Source: Gemmatimonadales bacterium (lineage in GTDB: Bacteria > Gemmatimonadota > Gemmatimonadetes > Gemmatimonadales > GWC2-71-9). From it: a stretch of 64,000 bases of DNA. The stretch is from the NCBI GenBank assembly GCA_036555485.1, contig DATBLG010000005.1, forward strand, positions 902 through 64,901, in the 5' to 3' direction. The position numbers and the translations under genes are program-made. The notes under the pieces are model-generated. The model saw only the letters and a list, made by a program, of their open reading frames with translations. It was not told the origin of the DNA and did not search any database. Numbering within the stretch: the stretch's first letter is position 1; every line of letters begins with the position of its first letter. This document shows, one piece after another, positions 35,134 to 44,341 of the stretch.

Positions 35134-35852
35134 CACAACACCCTTCCCATTTGCACGAAGTAGTACTCGGCCATGAAGAGAAGTACCACGCCGGCCAGCC
35201 GTCTGATCCACGTCATCCACGGGCCAGGCCGGGGCAGCGCGGCCAGGGCTCCCGAAAACAACCCCACCGCGGCCAGCACGACGCTCATGCCGAGTGAGAA
35301 CATGAAGAGGTAGGTGAAGCCGAGCACCGCGCTGTGCGTGGTGGCGACCCAGGTGAGCACCGCCCCGAACGCCGGCGCCCCGCAGGGCGCCGCGACGATC
35401 CCCGACGTGGCGCCCAGCAGGAACACCGCCGGATACGATCCGCCCGACAGACCGGCGGCCCACCCGGCGAGCCGCTGGGGCGCGGCGACGGGGAACACGT
35501 CAAGCATCGCCAGCGCGAATACGAGCAGCAGGTTCCCGATCGCGAACCGCGTCCAGGGGTTCGAGGCCACCGTCCCGAACAGCGTCCCCGTCAGCCCCGC
35601 GAGGAGGCCCATCAAGGCGTAGAACGAGGCGAGCCCCAGGATGTACACGACCGTGCGCACGACCACGCGGCGGCGCGGAGCGTCTGGGCGCGCGCCACCC
35701 CCCAGCACTCCCGCCGTGATGGGGATCATCGGGTAAATGCAGGGATTGAGACTCGTGGCCACCCCCGCAAGGAACAGCAACGCGGCCGCGACGGGTGGGC
35801 TGTGCCGTAAGGCGTCGGTCAGGCCGGCGGCGAGCGCTGGCAAAAGCGGCAT
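35133..35852 (-). CDS. ccdA: CcdA/DsbD-family transmembrane thiol-disulfide electron transporter
   Basis: 239 aa with 6 or more TM helices. The motifs LNPCIYPMIP and APCGAP carry the two conserved Cys of the family. Confidence 0.85.
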   Translation of the reverse strand: MPLLPALAAGLTDALRHSPPVAAALLFLAGVATSLNPCIYPMIPITAGVLGGGARPDAPRRRVVVRTVVYILGLASFYALMGLLAGLTGTLFGTVASNPWTRFAIGNLLLVFALAMLDVFPVAAPQRLAGWAAGLSGGSYPAVFLLGATSGIVAAPCGAPAFGAVLTWVATTHSAVLGFTYLFMFSLGMSVVLAAVGLFSGALAALPRPGPWMTWIRRLAGVVLLFMAEYYFVQMGRVL

Positions 35853-35871
35853 GGTCGTGACAATCTACACC

Positions 35872-36468
35872 ATGGCCGACGGCAAACAGATCCACGACGA
35901 CCGACGAAGCCGCTGCGGATGGCTGGGCGACAATCCCCTGATGCTCGCGTATCACGACAAGGAGTGGGGGGTCCCCATTCGCAACGATGCGCGGCTCTTC
36001 GGCAAGCTGGTGCTGGATGGATTCCAGGCCGGCCTGTCGTGGGCCATCATCCTGCGCAAGCGCGCCGATTTTCTGCGTGCGTTCGACGGCTTCGATCCCG
36101 AGCGCATGGCCCGCTACGATAGCCGCAAGCGCCGCGCGCTCCTCGCGGATCCCGGCATCGTGCGCAACCGGCAGAAGATCGATTCGGCCATTGGCAACGC
36201 CCGAGCGTTTCTCGAGCTGCGAGACGCCGGAGTGCGATTCGGTCCGTTCTTGTGGGGATTCGTGGACGGGCGCACCAAGCACAACGCATGGAAATCGCTA
36301 CGGCGGCTCCCGGCCAAGTCGCGAGAATCTGAGCGCATGAGCAAGGCGTTGGTCGAGCGCGGATTCCACTTCGTAGGCCCGACAATCTGCTACGCGTTCA
36401 TGCAGGCGGTGGGGATGGTGAACGACCATATCGTGACCTGTTACCGCCACGACGAGCTGAAGCGGTAG
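35872..36468 (+). CDS. tag: DNA-3-methyladenine glycosylase I
   Basis: Matches Tag (CGWLGDNPLMLAYHDKEWGVP, LVLDGFQAGLSW). I prefer the ATG at 35872. An ATG at 35851 would overlap the ccdA start. Confidence 0.85.
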   Translation: MADGKQIHDDRRSRCGWLGDNPLMLAYHDKEWGVPIRNDARLFGKLVLDGFQAGLSWAIILRKRADFLRAFDGFDPERMARYDSRKRRALLADPGIVRNRQKIDSAIGNARAFLELRDAGVRFGPFLWGFVDGRTKHNAWKSLRRLPAKSRESERMSKALVERGFHFVGPTICYAFMQAVGMVNDHIVTCYRHDELKR

Positions 36469-39315
36469 CTAGGGCAGCTCGACGCCAATCTCCTCGAGAA
36501 ACATGGTCCCCCCACTATCTTTGCCGAACCGTTGCACCGCGCGTGTCAGCACCAGCCGATCGCGCGCCCGCGTCATCCCCACGTAGAGGAGCCGGCGTCC
36601 CTCTTCGATCTCTTCGCGCCGCGCTTCCTTCGTCGCCCAGTAGCCCGGCAACTCGTAGTCCTCCACCCCCACGATGTACACGCGCGAGAATTCCAGTCCC
36701 TTGGTGGAATGGAGGGTGAGCAGGTTCACACGGTCCGGATCGGCTTCCACTCCCTCGGACGATGACAAGGCCACCCGCTCGAGCAGCCGTTGGATCCCCG
36801 CGTCCAGGCCGTCCCCGGCATCGGGCTCGCTGGCGGCCACGAGTGCTTCGAGCCGCGCCACCGCCGACGGGTAGCGTTCGGCCGCGGTGCGATCGGCGCG
36901 CAGACGCTCCAGCAGGGCGTGGCCGCCGAGGCGCTCGATAACCTCTGCTTCGTCCGGCGCGTCGACGGCTGGTGTGCGCGACCGTTCCGCGCCGTAGAAC
37001 TCGAGGCAGTCACTGTAACGACCCAGCGCATAGGTGCGCGCCAGCTGGCGCAGCAAGCGCCGCTCGTCGGTCGGTGCCCGATCATCAGCCAGGGCAAGAC
37101 CGAGCCCGACATGGTCGAGCAGATTCACGAGGGCCGCCTTGCGCGCCCGGACGAGCTTGTGAGCTACGAGATGACGCAACACCCGAGCGAGCGTCAGCGC
37201 GTCGTCCAGGGCGTGGTGCGCGCGACCCTTGTCCACACCGAATCGTTCCGCCAGGTGCTCGAGCTTCGCGCTCTCGGAAAACAGCGCGCGCGCCAGCGGC
37301 AAGGTGTCGAAGCAGGTGAGCCCGTCGCCGCCATCGAGCCCGGCGGCGAGCCGCCGCAGTACCGGCACGTCGAACCCTTGCCCGTTGTGAGCGACGAGCA
37401 CCCGGTCACCCACGAACGCCCGGAACCGCGGCCACACCTCCGAGAACGACGGCTGGCCGACGAGGTCCGCATCCGCATACCCGTGCACCGCGGTCGCGGC
37501 GGCGGCCACGGATTGCTGCCGCGGCCGCACCAGCGAGTGGAACCGGTCCACCACCTCGCCGTCCTGTACCCGCACCGCGCCGATCTCGATCACCTCACAA
37601 GTCGCGATGTCGTTGCCAGTCGTCTCGAGGTCGAAGGTGACGCACTCCCGGAACATCTCGCCGAAGCCGCGCCCGTTGGCCAACTGCAGCGCCTTGAACA
37701 ATCGCACCACGATTTCCCCCGGCTCCTGCGGGTCGGCGCCGAGCAACAAATCCTCGGGCGCCGGACCGTCGTCCGGTCCGAGGTAGGTCACGACGCGAAC
37801 GAGCCCCGAGCGCACCAGCATCCCGCGCAGGGCGATTTCCAGACCGTGGTGCGGGACGATCCACACCCGCGCGCCCGTCACGAGCCGGTCCGCCAGATGC
37901 GCCGCTCCGGGATAGACAGCTGGGTCGGTCAATTCGTCGGCATGCTCCTCGAGCGGGTTCTTGTACGCCCCCATCCGCTGGGTGAGCAACTCCGCCACGA
38001 GACCGCGCAGCGACTCATGGCTCTGGCGCAGGGCACGCAGGTTTTCGACGTGAAACACGAAGCGCCACGCCTTCTTCGTATCGGGGTCGCTCGCATGGCT
38101 GTCGCGCGCGATTCGGCGCACGACCGCCAGCAAATCGTGGCCGGCGGCCGCGCCGACCGCGCGGATGCGCTCGAGCAGCTCAGCGGGGAGCAGCCGTTCC
38201 GCCAGCGCCTCGAGGGCCAGCGCGTCGTCCGGGTCGCGGATCACGCGCAGCGAGGCGATCACCTGGCCGATGACGTCGTCGTCCACGAGTGCGCGGCCGC
38301 GTGCCAGCCGACACGGTATGCCGGCTCGCAGGAGGTGGTTCTCCAGCTCCTCACCCAGGCGGTGATGCCGGTACAGCATCGCGACCTCGCCCCACCCGAG
38401 CCCGTGCTCCGCGCGGTCGCGCACCACGTCCTCGATCAGCCACGCCGCTTCCGCCGCTTCATCCGGGAAGCGGCGCACCAGGACGGGAAACGGGGAGTCG
38501 CGCACCGCCTCGATGCGCTTCTCGAACAGTTTCGGGTTGCACTCCACCAAGCGGCGCGCCGCCGCAAAGATCTGGCGCGACGAGCGTCGATTCTGGTCCA
38601 GCACGATCGGGTCGTCGATCCCGAACTCCTCGCGAAAGCGGCGCAATACGTCCGGGTCGGCCCCCGTCCACGAGAAGATCGACTGCTCGTCGTCGCCAAC
38701 CGCGAAGAAGCTGCCGTGCGGCTCCGCGAGGCGTACCAGCGTGTCGTACTGCGCGGGGTTCAGGTCCTGGAACTCGTCCACCAGCAGGTGGTCCCAGCGC
38801 GCGGCCACCGCGGCCGCGACGTCCGAATGTTCGGCAAAGAGGTCGCGCGTGAGTGCGACGAGGTCGTCGAAATCGACGACGTTGCGCGCACGGAGCGTCG
38901 CGAGGTAGCGGTCCAGCAAGTCCTGGTCCCCGCCACTCAGGTGAAACCCCTGGAGCCGGCGCCTGCCGAACTGCGTCAGCAGCGTGCTCATGCGCTTGCG
39001 GGCCACCCCGAGGCGGCGCAGCACGAGCCGCTGATACTCTTCGTCGGCCACGCCGAACCCGCGACGCAGCCCGAGCCGCTCACCGTGTACGCGCAGGATC
39101 TCGAGACAGAGGGCGTGCAGCGTACCGCGGGTGAGCAGCTCGCCCGCCGGGCCCACCTCGCGGCGCAACCGCGCGACGATTTCCTCGGCGGCCTTGTTGG
39201 TGAAGGTGACGGCGCAGATACGCGCCGGATCGGCGCGGTGACGATCGATCAGCTGGCGCACTCGCTCGATCAGGCAGAACGTCTTCCCTGCCCCTGGACC
39301 GGCGAGGACCAGCAC
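36469..39315 (-). CDS. UvrD/PcrA-like superfamily-1 helicase with an internal DnaQ-like DEDDh 3-prime to 5-prime exonuclease domain
   Basis: Helicase motifs: I (AGPGAGKT), II (VDEFQD), III (GDDEQSIF), V and VI (TLHSTKGLEF, YVGMTRARD). Exonuclease motifs lie between them at about 37168-37644 (FDLETTG, HNGQGFDV, HHALDDA). The coding signal continues upstream of the GTG at 39315 (see findings). Confidence 0.85.
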   Translation of the reverse strand: MLVLAGPGAGKTFCLIERVRQLIDRHRADPARICAVTFTNKAAEEIVARLRREVGPAGELLTRGTLHALCLEILRVHGERLGLRRGFGVADEEYQRLVLRRLGVARKRMSTLLTQFGRRRLQGFHLSGGDQDLLDRYLATLRARNVVDFDDLVALTRDLFAEHSDVAAAVAARWDHLLVDEFQDLNPAQYDTLVRLAEPHGSFFAVGDDEQSIFSWTGADPDVLRRFREEFGIDDPIVLDQNRRSSRQIFAAARRLVECNPKLFEKRIEAVRDSPFPVLVRRFPDEAAEAAWLIEDVVRDRAEHGLGWGEVAMLYRHHRLGEELENHLLRAGIPCRLARGRALVDDDVIGQVIASLRVIRDPDDALALEALAERLLPAELLERIRAVGAAAGHDLLAVVRRIARDSHASDPDTKKAWRFVFHVENLRALRQSHESLRGLVAELLTQRMGAYKNPLEEHADELTDPAVYPGAAHLADRLVTGARVWIVPHHGLEIALRGMLVRSGLVRVVTYLGPDDGPAPEDLLLGADPQEPGEIVVRLFKALQLANGRGFGEMFRECVTFDLETTGNDIATCEVIEIGAVRVQDGEVVDRFHSLVRPRQQSVAAAATAVHGYADADLVGQPSFSEVWPRFRAFVGDRVLVAHNGQGFDVPVLRRLAAGLDGGDGLTCFDTLPLARALFSESAKLEHLAERFGVDKGRAHHALDDALTLARVLRHLVAHKLVRARKAALVNLLDHVGLGLALADDRAPTDERRLLRQLARTYALGRYSDCLEFYGAERSRTPAVDAPDEAEVIERLGGHALLERLRADRTAAERYPSAVARLEALVAASEPDAGDGLDAGIQRLLERVALSSSEGVEADPDRVNLLTLHSTKGLEFSRVYIVGVEDYELPGYWATKEARREEIEEGRRLLYVGMTRARDRLVLTRAVQRFGKDSGGTMFLEEIGVELP

Positions 39316-39421
39316 GGGTCCGAGGGGTGCCTCGATCGCGCGACGCTGCTGATCGGACGGCGCCGCGGGTGTTTCAGGTACGACGTGGGTCGTTTCGATA
39401 CTCGGAAGTTAAGTTCTCAGC

Positions 39422-40531
39422 GTGCCATATGACATCATCCTCGCCGGCCTGGGCGCGATGGGAAGCGCTGCGGCCCTGCACCTCGCGGGACGGGGGCTGC
39501 GAGTGCTCGGCTTGGACCGCTTCCACCCTCCGCACAACCTGGGATCGACGCACGGAGGCTCGCGCGTGATCCGCGAGACCGCGTTCGAGCATCCGCGTTA
39601 CGTCCCCCTCGCGCGTCGGGCCTTCGAGGGCTGGCGGCGGATCGAAGCGCTCACCGGCGAGAGTCTGCTGCACATCACCGGGACGCTGTTCGTCGGTGCA
39701 CCGGCCAGCCCTGTCATCTCCGGCACGCTCGCGAGCGCCACCGAGCACGGCATCGTGCATGAGCGGATGACCGCAAGACAGCTCGCCGACCGGTATCCCC
39801 TCTTCGATGGTCTCGACGGGGCGGTCGGCGTGCTCGAGCCCGGCGGTGGATGGCTGGATCCCGAGCGCTGCGTGGCCGCGTGCTTAGGGCATGCCGCGAA
39901 ACACGGCGTCGACCTACGGTTTGACGAGCCGATCGAGCGCTGGGAGCCCGAGGGCGACGGCGTCGCGGTGACGACGGCGCGCGGGCGCTACTTGGCCGAG
40001 CGCTTGCTCCTGTCCGCCGGCCCTTGGATGCCGGGGCTCTTGGGAACGGTCGGAACGACGCTGTGGGTCGAGCGTCAGGTGCAGCATTGGTTCGCGCCGG
40101 CACGCGCAGCCGCGGCGTTCGCGCGCATGCCGATCTTCATCTGGCAGAGCCCGACGGGAGTGTTCTATGCCTTCCCGCCGGCCGGGGGCACCATCAAGGT
40201 GGCCGTGCACCACGACGGCGAGCCTACCACCCCCGAGACCGTGCGTCGCGCTGTTTCCGACGATGAGATCGAGGAGACGCGGGTGTTGCTTCGACGCCAC
40301 GTCCCGGACTTGGTGGGCGAGCACCGCGACGCGGCCGTCTGCCTCTATACCAACTCCGCAGACGGGAATTTCGTGATCGACTGGCACCCGTCGCACCGAA
40401 CGGTCCTGGTCGCAAGCCCGTGCTCGGGGTTCGGGTTCAAGTTCGCCAGCGCCATCGGGGAGATCCTGGCCGACCTGTTGACGGGCGGCACCAGCTGGTA
40501 CGACCTGGCTCCATTCCGAATCGGACGCTAG
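39422..40531 (+). CDS. solA: Monomeric sarcosine oxidase / N-methyltryptophan oxidase family FAD enzyme
   Basis: GTG start. It has a dinucleotide fold (YDIILAGLGAMGSAAA) and a C-terminal PCSGFGFKF motif carrying the flavinylation Cys typical of MSOX/SolA. Confidence 0.75.
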   Translation: MPYDIILAGLGAMGSAAALHLAGRGLRVLGLDRFHPPHNLGSTHGGSRVIRETAFEHPRYVPLARRAFEGWRRIEALTGESLLHITGTLFVGAPASPVISGTLASATEHGIVHERMTARQLADRYPLFDGLDGAVGVLEPGGGWLDPERCVAACLGHAAKHGVDLRFDEPIERWEPEGDGVAVTTARGRYLAERLLLSAGPWMPGLLGTVGTTLWVERQVQHWFAPARAAAAFARMPIFIWQSPTGVFYAFPPAGGTIKVAVHHDGEPTTPETVRRAVSDDEIEETRVLLRRHVPDLVGEHRDAAVCLYTNSADGNFVIDWHPSHRTVLVASPCSGFGFKFASAIGEILADLLTGGTSWYDLAPFRIGR

Positions 40532-40698
40532 CGCGGCCGGGCGATTCCGCTGGTATATTCCACTCCCTTGACCCCCTTCGAAGCGGTTTACCGGGGTCAG
40601 ACACTGATGAGAGGTCTCACCGAGACTATCGGGCTGCGGGCGCGGGGCGCCGCTCGCCCGGCCGCTGTGTGGTGCCCCGGCAGGGAAAGGACGTGCAC

Positions 40699-41577
40699 AT
40701 GAATATTCGGACCGCAATCACGGCGGGACTCGCGCTGTCGCTCGCGCTCGCGTGCTCGGGAAAACCATCGCCGGAGATGCAGGCACGGCTCGACTCACTG
40801 TCGGCCGCCGCGAGTGAGCGCGACCGTCTGGTGCAGGAGATGGCCCAGAACGCCCGCATGCTCTCGGAGATCTCCATGGACCTCTCGAAGGTGCAGGTGC
40901 GAGGGCAGTTGAACGTCTCCGGCGAATCGCCGGGCCAGGCCGCGCGAGACAGCGTGGTCCAAAAGGTCCGCTACATCACGACGCGCCTCAACCAGACCGA
41001 GAGCCAGCTGCGCCAGAGCGAGCGGCGCTTGCGCTCTTTGACGACCGTGTCGGACAGCCTGCGCACCACGCTGCTGGCCACGATCGCCAACTACGACACC
41101 ATCGTCGCTTCGCAGCGCGACCAGATCACGTCGTTTACCGCGCAGATCGACACGTTGCGGGGCCAGAATACGGCGCTCGCGACGGCGAATCTGGCGCTGA
41201 CGGACACCGTGAACGATCTGTCGCTGCGCGAGAACACGGTGTATTACGTCATCGGCTCGAAGGACGAGCTGTCGCGCCGCGGCATTGTTCAGGAGACGGG
41301 CGGCAGCCGCTTCCTGTTCATCTTCTGGAAGTCCGGCAAGTCGTTGCAGCCGGCGCGCTCGCTGGATCCGAGCGCGTTCACCGCGATCGACAAGCGACAG
41401 GTGACGACGATCCAGCTGCCGGACTCGAGCAAGACGTACCGCATCGCCTCGCGGCAGGATCTCACCTCGCTCGCGATGCCCCCCGACACAGACGGCAGAA
41501 TCCACGGGAGCGTGCAGATCGCGGCCCCAGACCGATTCTGGGCGGCATCGAAGTTCCTGATCATCGTCGAAAGCTGA
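40699..41577 (+). CDS. Coiled-coil lipoprotein, unknown function
   Basis: The ATG at 40699 follows ggaaagga. It has a lipobox (LALSLALACSG). A long heptad-like region is rich in L, Q, R and S. Confidence 0.65.
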   Translation: MNIRTAITAGLALSLALACSGKPSPEMQARLDSLSAAASERDRLVQEMAQNARMLSEISMDLSKVQVRGQLNVSGESPGQAARDSVVQKVRYITTRLNQTESQLRQSERRLRSLTTVSDSLRTTLLATIANYDTIVASQRDQITSFTAQIDTLRGQNTALATANLALTDTVNDLSLRENTVYYVIGSKDELSRRGIVQETGGSRFLFIFWKSGKSLQPARSLDPSAFTAIDKRQVTTIQLPDSSKTYRIASRQDLTSLAMPPDTDGRIHGSVQIAAPDRFWAASKFLIIVES

Positions 41578-41654
41578 AGCCGGCCGGGTGAACGGGAGGG
41601 AGTGGGCAACCACCTCTCCCGTCGCCGCCGGTCGTCCGTCGCGCTTCCACGCAC

Positions 41655-42575
41655 ATGTCAATCGCTCGCTCCCTGCTGCTTCGCGCCTCGCGCAGCGAAT
41701 GGCTCGCCGACCAGTTTCGCCGGCGGCGCTTCGCCCGCCGGGCGGTGCGTCGCTTCATGCCGGGGGAGAATCTCGACGCCGCGCTCGGGGCCAGTGGGGA
41801 TTTGGCGGCCGCGGGGCTGGGCACGGTGCTCACCCAGCTGGGAGAGCAAGTGCGCAGCGCCACCGAGGCCCAGGCGGTGCGCGATCATTACCTCGAGGTG
41901 TTCGACCAGGTCCGCGAGCGATTTCTCCCCGCCCACGTCTCGGTGAAGCTCACCCACCTCGGTCTCGAAGTCGGACACGACGCCTGCGTGCAGCACGTCA
42001 TGACGCTGGCCGCGAAGGCGCGGGAAGAGGGTGCCTTCCTGTGGATCGACATGGAAGAGTCCCGCTACGTCGACGCGACGCTCGAGATCTACCGCCGCGC
42101 GCGGGCCGCGGGAGCCGGTGTCGGCGTGTGTCTCCAGGCGTATCTGCGGCGGACGCCGCAAGACCTCACCGCCCTGCTGCCACTCGCCCCGGCGATCCGG
42201 CTCGTAAAGGGAGCCTACAACGAGCCCGCCGAGATCGCGTTGGGCCGCAAGAAGGACGTCGACGCGCAGTACTTCACCCTGGCCGTGCGGCTACTCGATG
42301 CCGCCGCCATCGGCCGGGCGACGCCCGTATTCGGCACCCACGACCTGCGGCTGCTCGAGCGGATAGGTGAGCAAAGCGTGGCTCGGGGCGCCGCCGGCCG
42401 CTACGAGGTGCACATGCTGTACGGCATCCGCGACGCCGAGCAGCGTGCGCTCGTGGCCGCCGGGGTGAAAGTGCGGGTGCTGATCAGCTACGGCAGTCAC
42501 TGGTTCGCCTGGTACATGCGGCGCCTCGCCGAGCGGCCGGCGAACGTGTGGTTCGTCGTCCGGAGCCTCTTCTAG
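41655..42575 (+). CDS. Proline dehydrogenase (stand-alone PRODH)
   Basis: 306 aa matching the PRODH TIM-barrel pattern (VSVKLTHLGL, IDMEESRYVD, CLQAYLRR, RLVKGAY, GTHD, MLYGIR). Confidence 0.8.
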   Translation: MSIARSLLLRASRSEWLADQFRRRRFARRAVRRFMPGENLDAALGASGDLAAAGLGTVLTQLGEQVRSATEAQAVRDHYLEVFDQVRERFLPAHVSVKLTHLGLEVGHDACVQHVMTLAAKAREEGAFLWIDMEESRYVDATLEIYRRARAAGAGVGVCLQAYLRRTPQDLTALLPLAPAIRLVKGAYNEPAEIALGRKKDVDAQYFTLAVRLLDAAAIGRATPVFGTHDLRLLERIGEQSVARGAAGRYEVHMLYGIRDAEQRALVAAGVKVRVLISYGSHWFAWYMRRLAERPANVWFVVRSLF

Positions 42576-42581
42576 GGTCGG

Positions 42582-44309
42582 TTACCCGAAAAACTTGCGC
42601 TTCACCGCCCTCCCGATGAAGCGCAGCCGCTCCGGCCACGAGAAGCGCAACAGATTGGTCTTCACGACCCCAGACGTGAAATAGGTCTTCTCCGAGTAGT
42701 CGATCGCCACATCCACCAGCACCGGCCGGCCCGAGGCGCAGATGTCGCGCGCCCTCGTCAGGACCGGCCCGATGTCGGCGTCACGCGCGAGCCGTACACC
42801 TTCCACTCCCAATCCCGCGGCGAGTCCGCAGGCGTCGTAGTCCGGCAGCACGCTGGCGGTCTTGCGGTTCAAGGCGGTGCCCTGAAACTGCGCGATCTGG
42901 GCGAGCTCGCGGTCGCGCAGCACCAGCACCACGATCGGGACTCCCTGGTTTACGGCGGTGAGGAGCTCGAGTCCCGTCATGAGAAACGCCCCATCGCCTG
43001 CCAGGGCGACGACCGGACACTCCGGCCGCGCGAGCTTGGCACCGAGGGCGGCGGGCACGGCGTACCCCATGCACGAATAGTCGACCGGCGCGAGAAACTT
43101 CCCCGGCGACTCGAGCCGCAGGCACTCCATGGCCAGGAACGTGCCGTTGCCGCTGTCCGTCGTGTAGATCGTGTCCGCGCCGAACGTCTCCTGCGCGGAC
43201 CGCAGTAGCAGGGCCGGGGTGACCTGCCCGCGGCTCGCGCGCGAGCGCCAGTCGCGCCACACGCCCTCGTGGCCGGCGCGGATGCCGGCCCGTAGCTCGG
43301 CGTCCGGCAGCCGGCCGGTGATCCTCGGCAGGAGGGCTCGCACGAACGCCCCGCCGTCGGCGGCGACCGCGATGGCGGTTGGGTAGTTCCGTCCGGGCAC
43401 TGTGGGATCGATGTCCACGTGAATGAGCGGTTGCGGCGGCGTGAGCCCGTAGCTCCCGGTGCCGACTTCGCTGAACCGGCAGCCGATCGCCAGCGTCACG
43501 GCGCGCCTACGCGCTACCGCGCGCGCGAACGGCGGCGCCGCGTCCCCGAACCCATTCCACACGAACAGCGGATGCGATTCGGGGAACACGCCCTTTCCCT
43601 GGAACGTCGTCGCTACTGGCGCGTCGAGACGCTCAGCGAGCGCCACGAGATCGCCGCCCGCGCCGGCGGCACCCAGGCCAACGTAGAGAAACGGCCGGGC
43701 GGCCGGGTCGTTCAGCGCCGCCGCGACCCGGTCGAGCTGCTCGGGCGTTGCGACAGGCGGAGGCATCGGCGCCGGGTCCCCCCACGAGGAAGGATCCACA
43801 TCGTGCCGCGTGAGGTAGAGATTCACCGGCACCTCCACCATCACGGGTCCGGGTGTCCCCGCCCGCGCGAACGTGCAGGCGCGCCGGATCTCGGGATACA
43901 AGTCCGCACCGCGCTCGATGCGGAATGCGTCTTTGGTGATCGGTCGCACCACCGCGAGCTGGTCGATGTCGTGCAGCTGATACGCTTTCTTGAAGTCCTG
44001 GCGGATGCCGCAGCCCAGGACCAGCAGCGGGACGTTGTCCATGAACGCTTCGGCGATCCCGGACAGCGTATGGGTCAGCCCGGCGCCGGGGACGACGTTG
44101 ACGCAGGCGAGTCGCCCCGAGGCACGCCAATACCCATCGGCCATGAACGAGGCGCTTTGCTCGTCGGTCACGAGCACCGGGCGAACGCGGTCCGACTCCG
44201 CCAGGGCGTCGTACAGCTCGATGTTGTGGGTGCCCGGGATGCCGAACGTGTACCGAATCCCTTCGTCCGCCAGGGCTCGGGCGACGATCTCGCCACCGGT
44301 GAGTTTCAT
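42582..44309 (-). CDS. Thiamine-diphosphate-dependent enzyme (acetolactate synthase-like large subunit family)
   Basis: 575 aa with N-terminal Pyr, central and C-terminal PP domains (GDGAFLMTGLEL). The substrate cannot be assigned. Confidence 0.8.
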   Translation of the reverse strand: MKLTGGEIVARALADEGIRYTFGIPGTHNIELYDALAESDRVRPVLVTDEQSASFMADGYWRASGRLACVNVVPGAGLTHTLSGIAEAFMDNVPLLVLGCGIRQDFKKAYQLHDIDQLAVVRPITKDAFRIERGADLYPEIRRACTFARAGTPGPVMVEVPVNLYLTRHDVDPSSWGDPAPMPPPVATPEQLDRVAAALNDPAARPFLYVGLGAAGAGGDLVALAERLDAPVATTFQGKGVFPESHPLFVWNGFGDAAPPFARAVARRRAVTLAIGCRFSEVGTGSYGLTPPQPLIHVDIDPTVPGRNYPTAIAVAADGGAFVRALLPRITGRLPDAELRAGIRAGHEGVWRDWRSRASRGQVTPALLLRSAQETFGADTIYTTDSGNGTFLAMECLRLESPGKFLAPVDYSCMGYAVPAALGAKLARPECPVVALAGDGAFLMTGLELLTAVNQGVPIVVLVLRDRELAQIAQFQGTALNRKTASVLPDYDACGLAAGLGVEGVRLARDADIGPVLTRARDICASGRPVLVDVAIDYSEKTYFTSGVVKTNLLRFSWPERLRFIGRAVKRKFFG

Positions 44310-44341
44310 GGTGGCAAGATGTACTCTCGGGCTGTTGTCAG

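Noticed and set aside
40604-40630. Hammerhead-ribozyme-like CUGAUGAG followed by a short stem (gtctc-acc-gagac) upstream of the coiled-coil lipoprotein gene.
   Set aside because: The obligatory GAAA core segment after stem II is missing (the sequence continues tatcggg), and I could find no stem I or stem III partners. It is most likely a chance match in a leader region.
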